Shown piece after piece: positions 1 to 11,300 of a stretch of DNA of 64,000 nt (position 1 is its first letter; each line of letters opens with the position of its first letter). Source of the DNA: a virus. Below the pieces are notes generated by a model that was not told the origin of the DNA, made no database searches, and worked only from the letters and a program-made list of their open reading frames with translations. Position numbers and translations under genes: made by a program. The DNA lies in IMG/VR virus record IMGVR_UViG_3300018080_000001, positions 106,100 to 170,099 of that record; one strand, written 5' to 3'.

Positions 1-1476
1 ACCATCCTGCGTCCCGACACCATTAGTTTCACATTCTACTTCAATTTCTCCATATGTACACTGAGAAGGCGTAGCATTTTGACCAAAAAATCTAATGTGG
101 CATATATCACCTACACCATGAGCACTACCATTAGTCACAAATAAATAAGCATCCCCAGAACCATTATATACTGTAGTTGTAGGAGCAGATAATGAACCAT
201 TATAACCAATAGAAAAACCTAACACAGAATTACAAGAAATACCTAAATAATCATTAAATATTCTGTATAAACCTAATCCCGTATCATCAAAGAATTTTAT
301 CGCAGGATCACTCTCAGTGCCGGGCGGTGCATAGTAATAACCGTCAGTATCTATATACGCCACATTAGCTTCATCAGAATCCCGCCAGACCTGAATATTA
401 GTTGAACCGTCATTAGTAGATCCTTTTACAATTAATTTACCAATCGCCGGTGTCCCGTCAAAATCTGTAGTTCCTATACCAACATTTTCTCCTGATATAG
501 ACATCCGTGTAGCAAGAGATCCACCAGAACTAGTCTTAAAATCTAGTCTACTTTCTTCACTGGCCGCTGTATGATTAATACAATAATTAGAGATACCTGA
601 ATATACATAAGAAGTCGGTGTACTATTCATTCCGATAAAAGCTATACTAGAAATATCTGTCGCAGAACCATGTGCATTTGTTGTTAATAAATTTAAATAA
701 GCTTGACCGCTAGCATTATATACATTCGTCACAGGAGAACTCGTACCTGTATCATAATTAACAACTAAACCAGTAACTTGATTAACCGTAACTCCTACAG
801 CATCTCCAAACGTGGTAGCGTTATATAACCCATTATTAGAATCACTCTCCCAGGCTATCGATGGTGCAGCAGAGTTACCGTCCGCGTATTTACCTATTCC
901 TTTTACTAAAGTATCACCACTGCTATCAATAATTAACTTATCAACTGCATTCTGTTTTATACTCAATGCTGTATCAGAGTTATCATCCTTATCGTACTCT
1001 AAAACTAAATTAGTAGCAGTACCTCCATTTTCTAATGTAATACCTTCAGCCTCAACAAGCATAGTTGTCAAAGCTTCAATATTCATAGACGTAGTAGACT
1101 GTATTTCAATTGTTGTCGTCGCTTTAAGTTCAGCCGTAGCAGTAGATTTTAAACTTAAAGCAGCTCCAGTTCCCGTTGATTTGAGGGTAAGTGCTGCACC
1201 ATCGACACTCCCCACAACACCGGCATCGTCCCCATTACCAGAAGTATTAGAAATAAGAAGATTTCCGTTCGTTCCATTTACCCAAAAATCATTGCCACCC
1301 ATCGCAAAATTAACATCCGTGGCAGGACTTATATTAATATCCCCGGAAGAAACTGTAGAAATATCTAAATCTCCACTTGCAGAAGGAGAAATATTCCCCG
1401 CATATAGAGTATTTGCATCAGCAACACGTGTATACTTTCCACTATTTAAAGTAATAGGATGTCCACTCGCTGACAT
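1..1476 (-). CDS. Tail fibre/virion fibre-like protein (C-terminus runs off window)
   Basis: Read manually: ATG at 1476, MSASGHPITLNSGKYTRVADANTLY, paralogous to the N-terminus of 1489..2928; Gly/Ser/Thr-rich with the fibre motif NVGIGTT; appears open to the window edge. Confidence 0.7.
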   Translation of the reverse strand, partial: MSASGHPITLNSGKYTRVADANTLYAGNISPSASGDLDISTVSSGDINISPATDVNFAMGGNDFWVNGTNGNLLISNTSGNGDDAGVVGSVDGAALTLKSTGTGAALSLKSTATAELKATTTIEIQSTTSMNIEALTTMLVEAEGITLENGGTATNLVLEYDKDDNSDTALSIKQNAVDKLIIDSSGDTLVKGIGKYADGNSAAPSIAWESDSNNGLYNATTFGDAVGVTVNQVTGLVVNYDTGTSSPVTNVYNASGQAYLNLLTTNAHGSATDISSIAFIGMNSTPTSYVYSGISNYCINHTAASEESRLDFKTSSGGSLATRMSISGENVGIGTTDFDGTPAIGKLIVKGSTNDGSTNIQVWRDSDEANVAYIDTDGYYYAPPGTESDPAIKFFDDTGLGLYRIFNDYLGISCNSVLGFSIGYNGSLSAPTTTVYNGSGDAYLFVTNGSAHGVGDICHIRFFGQNATPSQCTYGEIEVECETNGVGTQDG

Positions 1477-1488
1477 ATTAAATCCTTC

Positions 1489-2928
1489 CTACAAACTAAC
1501 AGGTTCACCTAAAACAATTACGATTGTACGACTAGAACCTGATCCTGTATCCAACGAATATCCTACTCTCTGGGATTCCCCCGACGTAGGAGCTGTACTC
1601 GTAACTTCACCATCTGTACCAGACATATAAACAACTTGTCCGACAGTCCAAGCTCCAACATCCGACGTAAGAACAGTGGATTTACCAGAACTTTTAATAC
1701 TTACAGAAGCACCGCCAGCTACTCCAGTTTGAGCTACGCCAACAACAAAATTCTGATTTGCCGTGTCTTTATTAGCCTTAACAATTTTTCCGGTGGCTGA
1801 TCCATCATCGGCAGACACAATATCGTATTGGGTAATAGCTTCATCCGCTGTATCCGACCACACGCCAACATCAGTTATCTCGCCCTTAAGCTCGTTAAGA
1901 CCACCTATAATAGAAGTCGCAGTAAAACCACTTAAAGAAGTGTCCCCCGCTTCATTCAACGTTATAGTAGCCGCACGAGCACCTAAAGTAAGATCAGCAG
2001 CCGCTCCAGAAACAGTAAAATTGGACGCACTGGTAGCGTCCAAAGCAATGTCAATTCCGTCAACATCAACAGAATTAGCATTACCATTAATTGTTACCCC
2101 GCCAACACCATTCAAAGTAATTACACCTGCTAATGTAGCGGTTAAAGTTAAATTCGTATTCACCGTAGTCCACGTAGAAGCAGCAGCCGCATTCAAAGCA
2201 ATACCCGCTGATGTATCTAAATTAATAGTAGAAGCATCAATATCAACAGAAAGATCATTTGCGCCACCTCTCAAAAATTTAGCATGATCTGTACCATTCA
2301 GCACCTGAAAACCGTCTGCTCCCGTACCGGGAATAGCAGATAAATCAACTGTAAAAGAGTAATCACCAGTAAGATTCCAAATAGTATCATAAGCATCTAC
2401 AGTAATCGTAGCCCCGTTATTATAACCGTCGTCCAAATCCCAGGTAGATGCCGCCGCAGTAGACCAAGAAGCCCCATTCCACCATTGCAAATCATTAGAT
2501 CCATCTATTCTTATGGCTCCAGTTTCACCCACAGAACTACTAGGAAGAACCAGCACACCCGTACCAGTTACCCTTTCAAAACGCACATCAATTGCAACCA
2601 ACACAGATAGATCACACTTTAAAGAGGCAGAATCGCTACTACCGCCACCAATAGATATAGAGTCTCCAGAATTATCACCAAGAGTGACATTACCATTAAA
2701 AGTAGCACCACCCGTAACAGTTTCCGCACCGTCAACAGCTAAATCGCCTAAAACTCTAGTTATTCTTCCTACAGTACCTAACTTTAGCTCTCCGGTACCA
2801 TTGGCAAGAACCAATAAATCTAAATCCGTGGTATTAGGTTGAACAACACCAACATATAAAGTGTCTGTTTCAGCAACCCTAGTATACTTTCCACTATTTA
2901 ACGTAATTGGATTTCCACTTGCAGACAT
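1489..2928 (-). CDS. Virion fibre/decoration-like protein with C-terminal capsid-cement-like domain
   Basis: 479 aa, G/T/S/D-rich beta-structured; C-terminal 'GQVVYMSGTDGEVTSTAP...QRVG' module shared with 3268 and 8317. Confidence 0.6.
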   Translation of the reverse strand: MSASGNPITLNSGKYTRVAETDTLYVGVVQPNTTDLDLLVLANGTGELKLGTVGRITRVLGDLAVDGAETVTGGATFNGNVTLGDNSGDSISIGGGSSDSASLKCDLSVLVAIDVRFERVTGTGVLVLPSSSVGETGAIRIDGSNDLQWWNGASWSTAAASTWDLDDGYNNGATITVDAYDTIWNLTGDYSFTVDLSAIPGTGADGFQVLNGTDHAKFLRGGANDLSVDIDASTINLDTSAGIALNAAAASTWTTVNTNLTLTATLAGVITLNGVGGVTINGNANSVDVDGIDIALDATSASNFTVSGAAADLTLGARAATITLNEAGDTSLSGFTATSIIGGLNELKGEITDVGVWSDTADEAITQYDIVSADDGSATGKIVKANKDTANQNFVVGVAQTGVAGGASVSIKSSGKSTVLTSDVGAWTVGQVVYMSGTDGEVTSTAPTSGESQRVGYSLDTGSGSSRTIVIVLGEPVSL

Positions 2929-3258
2929 TTAAACCCCCCTAACTTTTTTATCTAGATTTTTTATATTTTTCTTTTTGCCTAAAATTCTGCCTTTAACACG
3001 AGAAGACTTTTCTTCCATAAATAATTTATTCCTAGCAACCCAAGGTTCCCCATTAATAAAAATAGGAGGTGGCACATAGTTTTCTAAAGCTTTTTTCATT
3101 CTTAGATCTTCAACCTCTAAAATCTCTCCCGGCTCTATAATAAATTCTTCTTTTTTTCCGTCTTCCGTAGGCAATCTAATCTTTATCTTAGAACCTGTAC
3201 CATCCCAGTCTTTAGCAAATACCGACATTTTATCAGAGACTTTAAACTTCGTACCCAT
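2929..3258 (-). CDS. Hypothetical protein
   Basis: 109 aa ORF, tightly packed in the operon. Confidence 0.6.
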   Translation of the reverse strand: MGTKFKVSDKMSVFAKDWDGTGSKIKIRLPTEDGKKEEFIIEPGEILEVEDLRMKKALENYVPPPIFINGEPWVARNKLFMEEKSSRVKGRILGKKKNIKNLDKKVRGV

Positions 3259-3267
3259 TGATAAACC

Positions 3268-3966
3268 TCAATTAAATAAAGGTTCTCCGAAAGAGAACGC
3301 AAAAGTTGTGGCATTCTTTACATATCCAACAGATTGAGATATAGTTCCCGCCGCTGTAACGGGTGTTGCAGTTATTGCACCGTCAACACCTAAAAAATAT
3401 TGCGTTCCTGGGGTTAAAGCTGCAAAACCGCCAATTATAACATCCTTGGAAATATAACAAGTAGTGCCCGTAGGTTTATTATATACTACAGATAAAGCAG
3501 GTCCAAAATTAGCCCCCGCAGCATTAGATGCAAATTTAACAGTATCTGCAACAGTATCTATCTGAACCACATCACCGACAGCAACACCCAACGGACAATT
3601 ATATAAGCCCATGCCACTGCCAACAAGAAGATTATAACTCACTCCAGTATCATCAGTATACCACAAAGAAAAACCCGGACCTCCTGTGTTGTCTACCCAT
3701 ACCGTAGGATCTCCTGGAGTACCCGGATTAGCGGCTTTACCCAATGGATCAAAAGACACACCACCAAGACCAATACAAGGATCGTTGTCTATACCAAGTT
3801 TTGCCTCAATGTTTTCGATTGCTTCATATCCACTGTTTTGGTGATCTACGATCACCTCATCAACGCCATCAAGAAGACGAGGAAGAAAACTATCTAAAGA
3901 AGTAGGATAAACACTGCCGCCATAAACTGTAGTCATATTCTCACCATTCCATACATAGGCATACAA
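3268..3966 (-). CDS. Virion structural protein (decoration/fibre-like)
   Basis: YPTSLD...AIENIEAKLG N-terminal motif typical of phage structural proteins; C-terminal 'LTPGTQYFL..G.IT.TP...QSVG' module. Confidence 0.6.
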   Translation of the reverse strand: MYAYVWNGENMTTVYGGSVYPTSLDSFLPRLLDGVDEVIVDHQNSGYEAIENIEAKLGIDNDPCIGLGGVSFDPLGKAANPGTPGDPTVWVDNTGGPGFSLWYTDDTGVSYNLLVGSGMGLYNCPLGVAVGDVVQIDTVADTVKFASNAAGANFGPALSVVYNKPTGTTCYISKDVIIGGFAALTPGTQYFLGVDGAITATPVTAAGTISQSVGYVKNATTFAFSFGEPLFN

Positions 3967-4103
3967 GTACCTAGTAGAATTCTAATTTAAGTCTAACATG
4001 TAATCTCGTAGGGAATTTTAAATATAGTACTATATAGTAAGGAATATAAGCTCAGTACGGCATTAACTATAACATAAAAAAATAAAAAATATATCTCAGT
4101 ATA

Positions 4104-4131
4104 TTGACAGCTTAAAAAAGTGTATTATATT
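4104..4131 (+). promoter_or_regulatory. sigma70-type promoter
   Basis: TTGACA-16-TATATT, followed by AAGGAG RBS and ATG 4155. Confidence 0.7.
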
Positions 4132-4154
4132 TTATATAACACAAGGAGAAAACA

Positions 4155-4337
4155 ATGAAAATCAGAAAAACAGAAACATTGAAAAAAGAAAAATACACCT
4201 TCAAAATATATAGAGAAGGCCAATACTGGTATGCAGATATTCACAGAAAAAACGAAGAAACCTGCACTAGAAAATGGGGATGTACCACAACAAAAAAGAA
4301 AATTTTAGAGTATATTAATCACTTTTGCAAAAAATAA
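4155..4337 (+). CDS. Small hypothetical protein
   Basis: 60 aa with its own promoter and strong RBS. Confidence 0.7.
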   Translation: MKIRKTETLKKEKYTFKIYREGQYWYADIHRKNEETCTRKWGCTTTKKKILEYINHFCKK

Positions 4338-4355
4338 AAAACATATCTCAGTATA

Positions 4356-4384
4356 TTGACAGCTTAAAAATTAAGTACTATGTT
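4356..4384 (+). promoter_or_regulatory. sigma70-type promoter (repeat of 4104 element)
   Basis: TTGACA-17-TATGTT; upstream 'atatctcagtatattgacagcttaaaaa' identical to the first copy. Confidence 0.7.
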
Positions 4385-4407
4385 TTATTTAACAAAGGAG
4401 AAAAACA

Positions 4408-4734
4408 ATGAAAAAAATAACCAGCATAGATGAAGTCCGCATCGCAAACCAAGACGTGGCAAACGCTGTTCTTATTAGAATCACAACAAAACGAGGATCT
4501 GTTCCAGGAATGCCTTGGTTTGGATCTAGACTACATACTATTACTACGCTTGGAGATTGTCATACTAGAGTAATAGAAGGTTTTCTTCTGGAAGCTGTAG
4601 CTGATTTGGTTAGTGAAAATAAGATCAAAGATGTTTCTGCCACTGCATTTATAGAAAACTACAAATTTAATTGGGAACTATCTTGGGTAGACTGCACTGA
4701 TGGTCAAAAACACCTCTTAGTATCGCCAGAATAA
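4408..4734 (+). CDS. Mu gp46 / gp25-like baseplate wedge family protein
   Basis: 108 aa with 'AVLIRITTKRGSVPGMPWFGSRLH', resembling the GPW/gp25/gp46 signature. Confidence 0.55.
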   Translation: MKKITSIDEVRIANQDVANAVLIRITTKRGSVPGMPWFGSRLHTITTLGDCHTRVIEGFLLEAVADLVSENKIKDVSATAFIENYKFNWELSWVDCTDGQKHLLVSPE

Positions 4735-4740
4735 AAAGCG

Positions 4741-5118
4741 CTACTCCAACCTCTCGTACTCATACCTATCTCGTAAATTAGTCCATATAAATTGACCTTT
4801 AGACGGTGCAGCAAAAAACTGATCAAACACTTCGGGCTCAACATTATAATAACCGTATAAAGATTCTGGCCTGTTTCCTTTGGCTAAAAATCTTACATAC
4901 AAAATTTGGTTATCATCGTCATACCCAAATTCTTTTACATTAGAACTTTCAACAGGATACATCGTTGGAAACTGATCACCAGTTTCCTCCTCTACAACCT
5001 GCTCCGCATCCTCTACAAACTGCTCTTCTTCATACAAAGGTGTTTCATATTCCTGTTGAGCCATTTTATAACCTACTGTTGAAGCAATACGCTCCAATGC
5101 TGAATCAGATAAACTCAT
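4741..5118 (-). CDS. KTSC domain protein
   Basis: VESSNVKEFGYD...LYVRF...YGYYNVEPEVFDQFFAAPSKGQF is the KTSC pattern. Confidence 0.85.
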   Translation of the reverse strand: MSLSDSALERIASTVGYKMAQQEYETPLYEEEQFVEDAEQVVEEETGDQFPTMYPVESSNVKEFGYDDDNQILYVRFLAKGNRPESLYGYYNVEPEVFDQFFAAPSKGQFIWTNLRDRYEYERLE

Positions 5119-5119
5119 G

Positions 5120-6514
5120 TTATTGCTGTATAATAGCCTCTACAAAACCTTTTATACCCTCACATACTAAAGCCTTAATCTTTTCTTGATTAAAAGACTC
5201 TACATTATCCCACTCCGTTTCATGCGGAGGAACTCCAGTAGAAGGATCACCCTCTACTTTTTTATAAACGATACTATATGCATTAACATCATTGCCCCCA
5301 ACAACAGTTAATTCTACTTCAGCTTCATACGCTTCTTCCTCCACCATGATAGCATCAATAACATCCTCAAAATGCATAGAAGATAGCCTATCACCTTCTA
5401 TAGCCTCGGAAATAAACTCCATATAAACTTCAGACGTTGTATTACCTGCTGGGGGAATCGCTTCCAAAGCCATATCCACACAGTTTCTAATAAAACCGTC
5501 TCCCACCTCCACCTCTATTTTACCCACGAACTCCGCGCCTTCCGGCATTTCATCGGGCATAGCGTACTGCGCCTTTCTCCCCGCCGCTATTGCACCCCCC
5601 AAACTCTCCGTTACCTTATTAAACTTATCAGGATCTGATTCTTTCAAATCCATTAATTTGTCAAGAACCTCTACAATTTGTAAAGACTCCTCATACTTTA
5701 TTCTTTGGTCTTCAGAATACTGAGCTAAATTATTTTTCAAAAGATCTGCTGAACTTTGCACAGCATTCCAGTCCCCGTCATAAACCGCACTCTGAATTTG
5801 CTCCAAGCCCCTAGCAATTTCTTGTATTTCTTGAGACCTTGACTGCGGACTATATTTAAATTTTTCAATCTCGTCTAAAGTAAATTCCATGTCAGCAACA
5901 GTAGAATCAAGCCTAGAAATATAATCAAGAAGTTGATTAACACGATCTTGCTCCTTATCCACAGAACTCATAGACCTGTCAAAAAAAGAAAAAGCAGTCT
6001 CCAGATCCATAGGAGACATACGACCTTGTTCCGTATATAAACCGGGAATATTAGATTTATAAAATATAACTTTTCCATCTTTATCTAAAGCAACACCAAC
6101 GGACTCTAAAACTTCTTTCAATCTTTCAATATCCTCTAATTCATCATACTCCTCTAAAGTCCACGCTTCCTCTATATCTTCATCCCCCAACGGTATGATC
6201 TCTTCTTCAGCTTCGAAATCAGGATATTCTTCTTCCGACTCGGCATATTCTTCAGGAACAAAAAGTCCGCCGTCCTCTTTCTGAACAAAACGTTGTGCGG
6301 CTTTACTCAATTTACTGGAAATATTAGATTCTTCTGCACTTTTTACTTTTCCCGTCCTAACACCTATACCTCTTTCAGCAAGAGCCACAGTAAAAGGATA
6401 AACGTCCTCTTCATCTAAACTTTTTACCAGCATATTATATGAATCTTGACGAAGAATTCCTTCTTCTTCCATCATCAATTCCGCACGTCCTATAGCATCT
6501 TGTAATGTAATCAT
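5120..6514 (-). CDS. Acidic hypothetical protein, possible internal head protein
   Basis: 464 aa, very Glu/Asp-rich, in the structural operon. Confidence 0.55.
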   Translation of the reverse strand: MITLQDAIGRAELMMEEEGILRQDSYNMLVKSLDEEDVYPFTVALAERGIGVRTGKVKSAEESNISSKLSKAAQRFVQKEDGGLFVPEEYAESEEEYPDFEAEEEIIPLGDEDIEEAWTLEEYDELEDIERLKEVLESVGVALDKDGKVIFYKSNIPGLYTEQGRMSPMDLETAFSFFDRSMSSVDKEQDRVNQLLDYISRLDSTVADMEFTLDEIEKFKYSPQSRSQEIQEIARGLEQIQSAVYDGDWNAVQSSADLLKNNLAQYSEDQRIKYEESLQIVEVLDKLMDLKESDPDKFNKVTESLGGAIAAGRKAQYAMPDEMPEGAEFVGKIEVEVGDGFIRNCVDMALEAIPPAGNTTSEVYMEFISEAIEGDRLSSMHFEDVIDAIMVEEEAYEAEVELTVVGGNDVNAYSIVYKKVEGDPSTGVPPHETEWDNVESFNQEKIKALVCEGIKGFVEAIIQQ

Positions 6515-7083
6515 CGATTTCTCCGTCCAACCCTAGTATTAGAAGCACTAGCCTTCATTGCAGATTTTATAGTATCTTCTATAGCTTTAAGCTGTTTTTT
6601 ATTCTTTTTTTCTTCTTCTACTTTTACACCTTCAAAAGCCACACGTAAAGATTCTTGAGAATTTTCTAATTTCTTAACAGAAACTTGTACTTCTTCTACC
6701 TTCTCCGTAGTCCCCTCTACAGTACCTGTTAGACTATAATACTGTTTAAACGCAGCACCGATAACACCAATTATAGCTATGATAACTACTATTTTTATTG
6801 TTTTCCAACCATCTAAAGTTTTTCTAATACCTTCAATATTTGCACTCTGAATTTCAATATCCTTAGTTATTTTATCCAAAGAACTTTCTTTTACACACAT
6901 ATGCTCCCCCGCTTTCTTACGAGCGCTCAAAGCTATTTTTTTAGTCTCATCTAAACCTTTTTGCAAAGAATCTATTTTTACATCGACATACTTTTCATTA
7001 GCCTTAGTATCCAATTCATTCTTTACCCAGCTCCAACTTGGGGGTGGAGGGGCAGAAGATGTATCCCTTGATTTCGCTGCCAT
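6511..7083 (-). CDS. Single-TM coiled-coil membrane protein
   Basis: Hydrophobic segment IVVIIAIIGVIGAAF flanked by coiled coils. Confidence 0.6.
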   Translation of the reverse strand: MAAKSRDTSSAPPPPSWSWVKNELDTKANEKYVDVKIDSLQKGLDETKKIALSARKKAGEHMCVKESSLDKITKDIEIQSANIEGIRKTLDGWKTIKIVVIIAIIGVIGAAFKQYYSLTGTVEGTTEKVEEVQVSVKKLENSQESLRVAFEGVKVEEEKKNKKQLKAIEDTIKSAMKASASNTRVGRRNR

Positions 7084-7114
7084 AGTTCACCTCGCATCTT
7101 CCCCCGTCCTTTCT

Positions 7115-7759
7115 TCATGACGATACAGAATATATATCTTCAAGAGAAATCCCATTAATTTCATCTATATTTGCATTAGGTACAGCATTTATATCGTCTT
7201 TAAATATTAAGTCATAATTAATCTCTAATTCAGGTCTATAAGAAGCTGTTGAATAATTAGCGTTATAACAATCCTTGTACTCATCACTGGCAGAATCACC
7301 ACCATCCACAATTAAACCAATGTAATCAGAAGAACTGTACCCGCCACGATCAAACCAATCCTTAACAGCTAACTTCATATCAGGAGATGTATACTCAGTA
7401 CCCACAACCCAATTTGTTGATATAGACCAATTTTGGGAATTACCAATATCTGTGTAACCAAAAGCTAAATTTGTAGTAGACAAATTCGGAGCAGACCCAT
7501 CATGCACATGAACACCGCTTGTATAAGCGCCAGAACCTTGTGCTGCACAAGTTAATCTTATATAAGAAGAATTAACCGTTATATTATGCCGTGAAATATC
7601 AATATTTGGTTGCCACCTACAAGCTAAACGAAAATCTCGATCTATTGTATCTATCTTAGGATACCCAAAAGTCAAAGGTTGCGCCGTACTTCTATTACCA
7701 CTATCATACATATCGTGACCCTGGTCCAGGGTAGTGGTATTCTGCTTATACTGGTCCAT
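7115..7759 (-). CDS. Beta-sandwich (DNRLRE/CBM-like) virion protein
   Basis: Ends with ...RPELEINY pattern; structural context. Confidence 0.45.
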   Translation of the reverse strand: MDQYKQNTTTLDQGHDMYDSGNRSTAQPLTFGYPKIDTIDRDFRLACRWQPNIDISRHNITVNSSYIRLTCAAQGSGAYTSGVHVHDGSAPNLSTTNLAFGYTDIGNSQNWSISTNWVVGTEYTSPDMKLAVKDWFDRGGYSSSDYIGLIVDGGDSASDEYKDCYNANYSTASYRPELEINYDLIFKDDINAVPNANIDEINGISLEDIYSVSS

Positions 7760-8315
7760 TTATTTTTTCCTGTTTTCTTAACTTACTAGAACATATAGGG
7801 ATTTTACCTGTACATACAGGCTTTACTATATAAATAGCGGGTTCCGATTTATTTACACTGGCTATTCTCCGCGCCACCTTTGAATACTCTTTTTGCCAAC
7901 AGCGGCCTTTGTCTTTTTCGCACAACACGATAACATCATAATCCACATTATGTGCGTCTTCTAAAGCATCGGCAATAGTGTCATATGTTAAATATGTAAC
8001 CCGATTTTCTGCATTTAGATCATTATTTATATAAGTTTCTACAATTTGCTTTCTAAAATTTATATCCTGAATACCCCAGGTCTCTCCCTGTGGCGACGAA
8101 TAAAATGCGGACTTAGTAAAAGCAACAACCATATTTTCACATAAATTAAATGCCTGCTCTAAAATATATTCATGACCACAATGAAATCTGTCCCAATTAC
8201 CGAATATCGCACCTGTATCGTATTTATACATATTTCTCCGTTTTCCTAGCTCCCCCCGAACTATCTTTACTTCATCTTTAACAACTTTTTTATCTTTTTT
8301 ATCTTTTTTAACCAT
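7746..8315 (-). CDS. HxGH-class nucleotidyltransferase (cytidylyl/phosphopantetheine adenylyltransferase-like)
   Basis: FGNWDRFHCGH motif and C-terminal ICSSKLR (ISSTxIR-like). Confidence 0.75.
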   Translation of the reverse strand: MVKKDKKDKKVVKDEVKIVRGELGKRRNMYKYDTGAIFGNWDRFHCGHEYILEQAFNLCENMVVAFTKSAFYSSPQGETWGIQDINFRKQIVETYINNDLNAENRVTYLTYDTIADALEDAHNVDYDVIVLCEKDKGRCWQKEYSKVARRIASVNKSEPAIYIVKPVCTGKIPICSSKLRKQEKINGPV

Positions 8316-8316
8316 A

Positions 8317-11300
8317 TTAATTTATTTTTATCTCCGTCCAAGATGCGGGATCAAAATAAATAGCGTTCGACGCAGTCGCCCAGCCTACACGCTGAGAATA
8401 ATCCCCTGTTGTTGTAGGATTAGTCTGCGTTAATTGACCGGCTGTAGTACTCACATATATTATACCTCCGGGTGTCCAGCTCCAAGTGTCATTCCTAATA
8501 GTACCACTTAATAAAACAGGTTTAGATCCTGTACCTGTAGCAAGAGCTAATGCTATACACGGCATAAAGGCATCCACATTGGCATCTGCCATATCAAAAT
8601 TTCCGTCACTGGCAATCGACAAAGGAGCACCAACACCTGCTGTATTTGTATCCACTGTAGCCGTAACCCAATCCCCCGTATAATCCAAATTAGAAGCAGG
8701 CACCAAAACTAATTGTCTTTTATTAGTACTACGCCACGTAAGATTGCCCGCCAAAAAATGCTCTGAATTATTATCCCCCTTGGGACAAAGTCCGTGAGCG
8801 CTTATAGTAGCATTTAAATCAGTATTATCTTGAGGATCATCAAAATCGTCTAATCTAACAGCATCCGACCCACCTTTTCGGTGTGAAGAACCGTGTACTG
8901 TGGGAGTTCTAGTATCACTGGAATCGTCCAGTGTAGCATCCGATATTTTGGCATTAAGATTAGCCAAAGTATCTGCACTATGCGCAGCGCCGCCCATAGC
9001 ATGTGCTGTGGGCGTTCTAGACGCTGAAGAATCATCCAACGTGGCATCAGAAATCTTAGCGTTCAGATTGGCTAGAGTGTCCGCAGAATGAAGAGCACCC
9101 GCTAAACCGTGCGCTGTAGGAGTACGGGATGCAGAAGAATCATCCAACGTGGCGTCCGACACCTTGGCATTCAGATTAGCAAGGGTGTCAGCACTATGCT
9201 CCACACCCGCTAAATTGTGTGTAAAATCGGATATTGTATTTTTTAGTTGTGTACCCGTATGATTAGCCCGTGCTCTATCCGTTGCATGATAGTGTAAAGC
9301 CGTATCACCGGTATCAGTTAAATCTGTATGCTGAGCATTAGTAAAATGATAATAATCATTTAAAGCCCCACCCTGGATACCAGTCAACGTGTTATGACCG
9401 CCAAAAGGTGATGTAGAAACTGATAGATATGGATCAAACGGAGATTGTATGTCTGTAAAACTAACCCCATTATACTGTACTATAATCTTGAATATAAGAG
9501 TACCCACGGAAACATTATCAAATTCCGGAGGTAATGTTGTGGGCAATTTAGCTATCTGAGCATCCGATAAATTCGAATAAACCGCTTGTCCATATAAAAC
9601 AGACAAAAACGGCGTGGTATCAAAAACTAAAAAACCCCAGTGAACACCATAATTTCCAGCGCCTACAGCTGTCAACACCCCACTGTTATCATAGTTTTGA
9701 TTATCTATCTGTGTCTGACTACTGACCCGATTCCACCCACCAGCGCCATTTTGGTATACATAGGTAAAAGTATCCGCGCCTGAAGTATCAAAAGACGGAT
9801 GAGAAATTCTTCGAGAACCATAGAAAAAAAACCCAGCAGTAACACTTAAATTACGAGTTCCGGTTTCTGTGGTCTTTGTCCCAGTTTTTACATGTTCATA
9901 GCCTTTTGTAGTAACAGATTTCTCATAATAGTTATGCTGCATGTCTACAGCTTGATTCCTGAAATCTCTTATGTATAAAGTATTTCCATTTCGTACAATA
10001 ATATAAATGAATATCTCAGAAAATCCATTAACTGGAGTTGTGGAATTTGTTATAATAGGATTTCCCGAATTCTCATCTATATACACATAATTTATAACAT
10101 TACCCGGAGTTGCTTCAGTAAGAGCAATAGAAGCCGCTGCGGGTACAGCATAAACCTTAAGCTCAGAAGACTCGGTAGCACCAACCCGTAACATAGCTTC
10201 ACCCGCAGCTACACCCACAGTCCCATCACCATTATCAGTAATCGCAAACCCATTTACTGTAGTTGAGCACCAATCAGCATTAAATAAACACGCCAAATCA
10301 GTACACGTAATAACCCCAGCATTCCCTTTTGTTATATAAGTCGCAGTAAAAGGATGATCAGGATCAGCAAGACCAGAAAGATTTCCATGATCTTGGACAC
10401 TACCCTCAACAGGATTTGCCCGACTAACACGCCAATCAACAAAGTCCTCACCCGTACCCGTAGATACAAATCTGGTTTTCACAGCATTAGTATAGGCGCT
10501 GCTAGTTTCACTGATAATAGAAGCGATAGCCAAAAATTCCTCAAAGGGTAAACCTGTTAAAATAAGTGAAGAAATTTCAGTATTAGCACCCGTACGAGCG
10601 GACGCTACATCCGCGTATTCAACCTGTCCAACCACCGCAATAAAAGGCTGATTAGGATCATTAGTACCAAATACATGTATTAGAATAAATTTTCCCTCAC
10701 CACCTTCTGTTAACTGCCAATTACCGCCAGTAAACTGATTCCAAGCCATCCTACCCGTACCCGTTGTAGTCAAAGGAAAAGCAGTTTGCGGATCTATACG
10801 ACGCCAAACACCAGAACCTGATCGATAAAAAACCGGCCAATTTGCAGTAGAAACACGCGCGGATAACGTGTGTATAATATCCTCGTCTATTATTTGACCG
10901 CGTGTCAAACCCAACTGCGCGTGAGCATCTAAACTGCCATCACCGTCCACAACCATAGAAATAGGAGCTAGACCAAAATGATATACGGTACCAATAGCTG
11001 TATGCCATAAAAACTGATCGGCACCGTCCATTTTAGGACCATGCCTTTCTTCAGCAAAATACAAAGCCTTTTTATTATCCGCATCCCAATAAATAATAGA
11101 AACTATTGCATTTTGTAAATAAGTAGAAAAAGAAAGAGACGCTTCCTCTTTCAACGTGTAGTCCTCATAATATAAAAAATGTGATCCTTCGATATCCGAG
11201 ATAATAAGAGTGTCCGTATAATCTATATTACGTTTCTGCCCAGATGTATAGTAGGAAAAAGAAGATCCCGTAGGTTGAATAGTAAAGGCGCGAGTACCGT

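Noticed and set aside
812-2842. Plus-strand ORFs 812..1630, 1763..2287, 2513..2842 and similar shadow ORFs elsewhere
   Set aside because: Antisense to well-supported minus-strand genes
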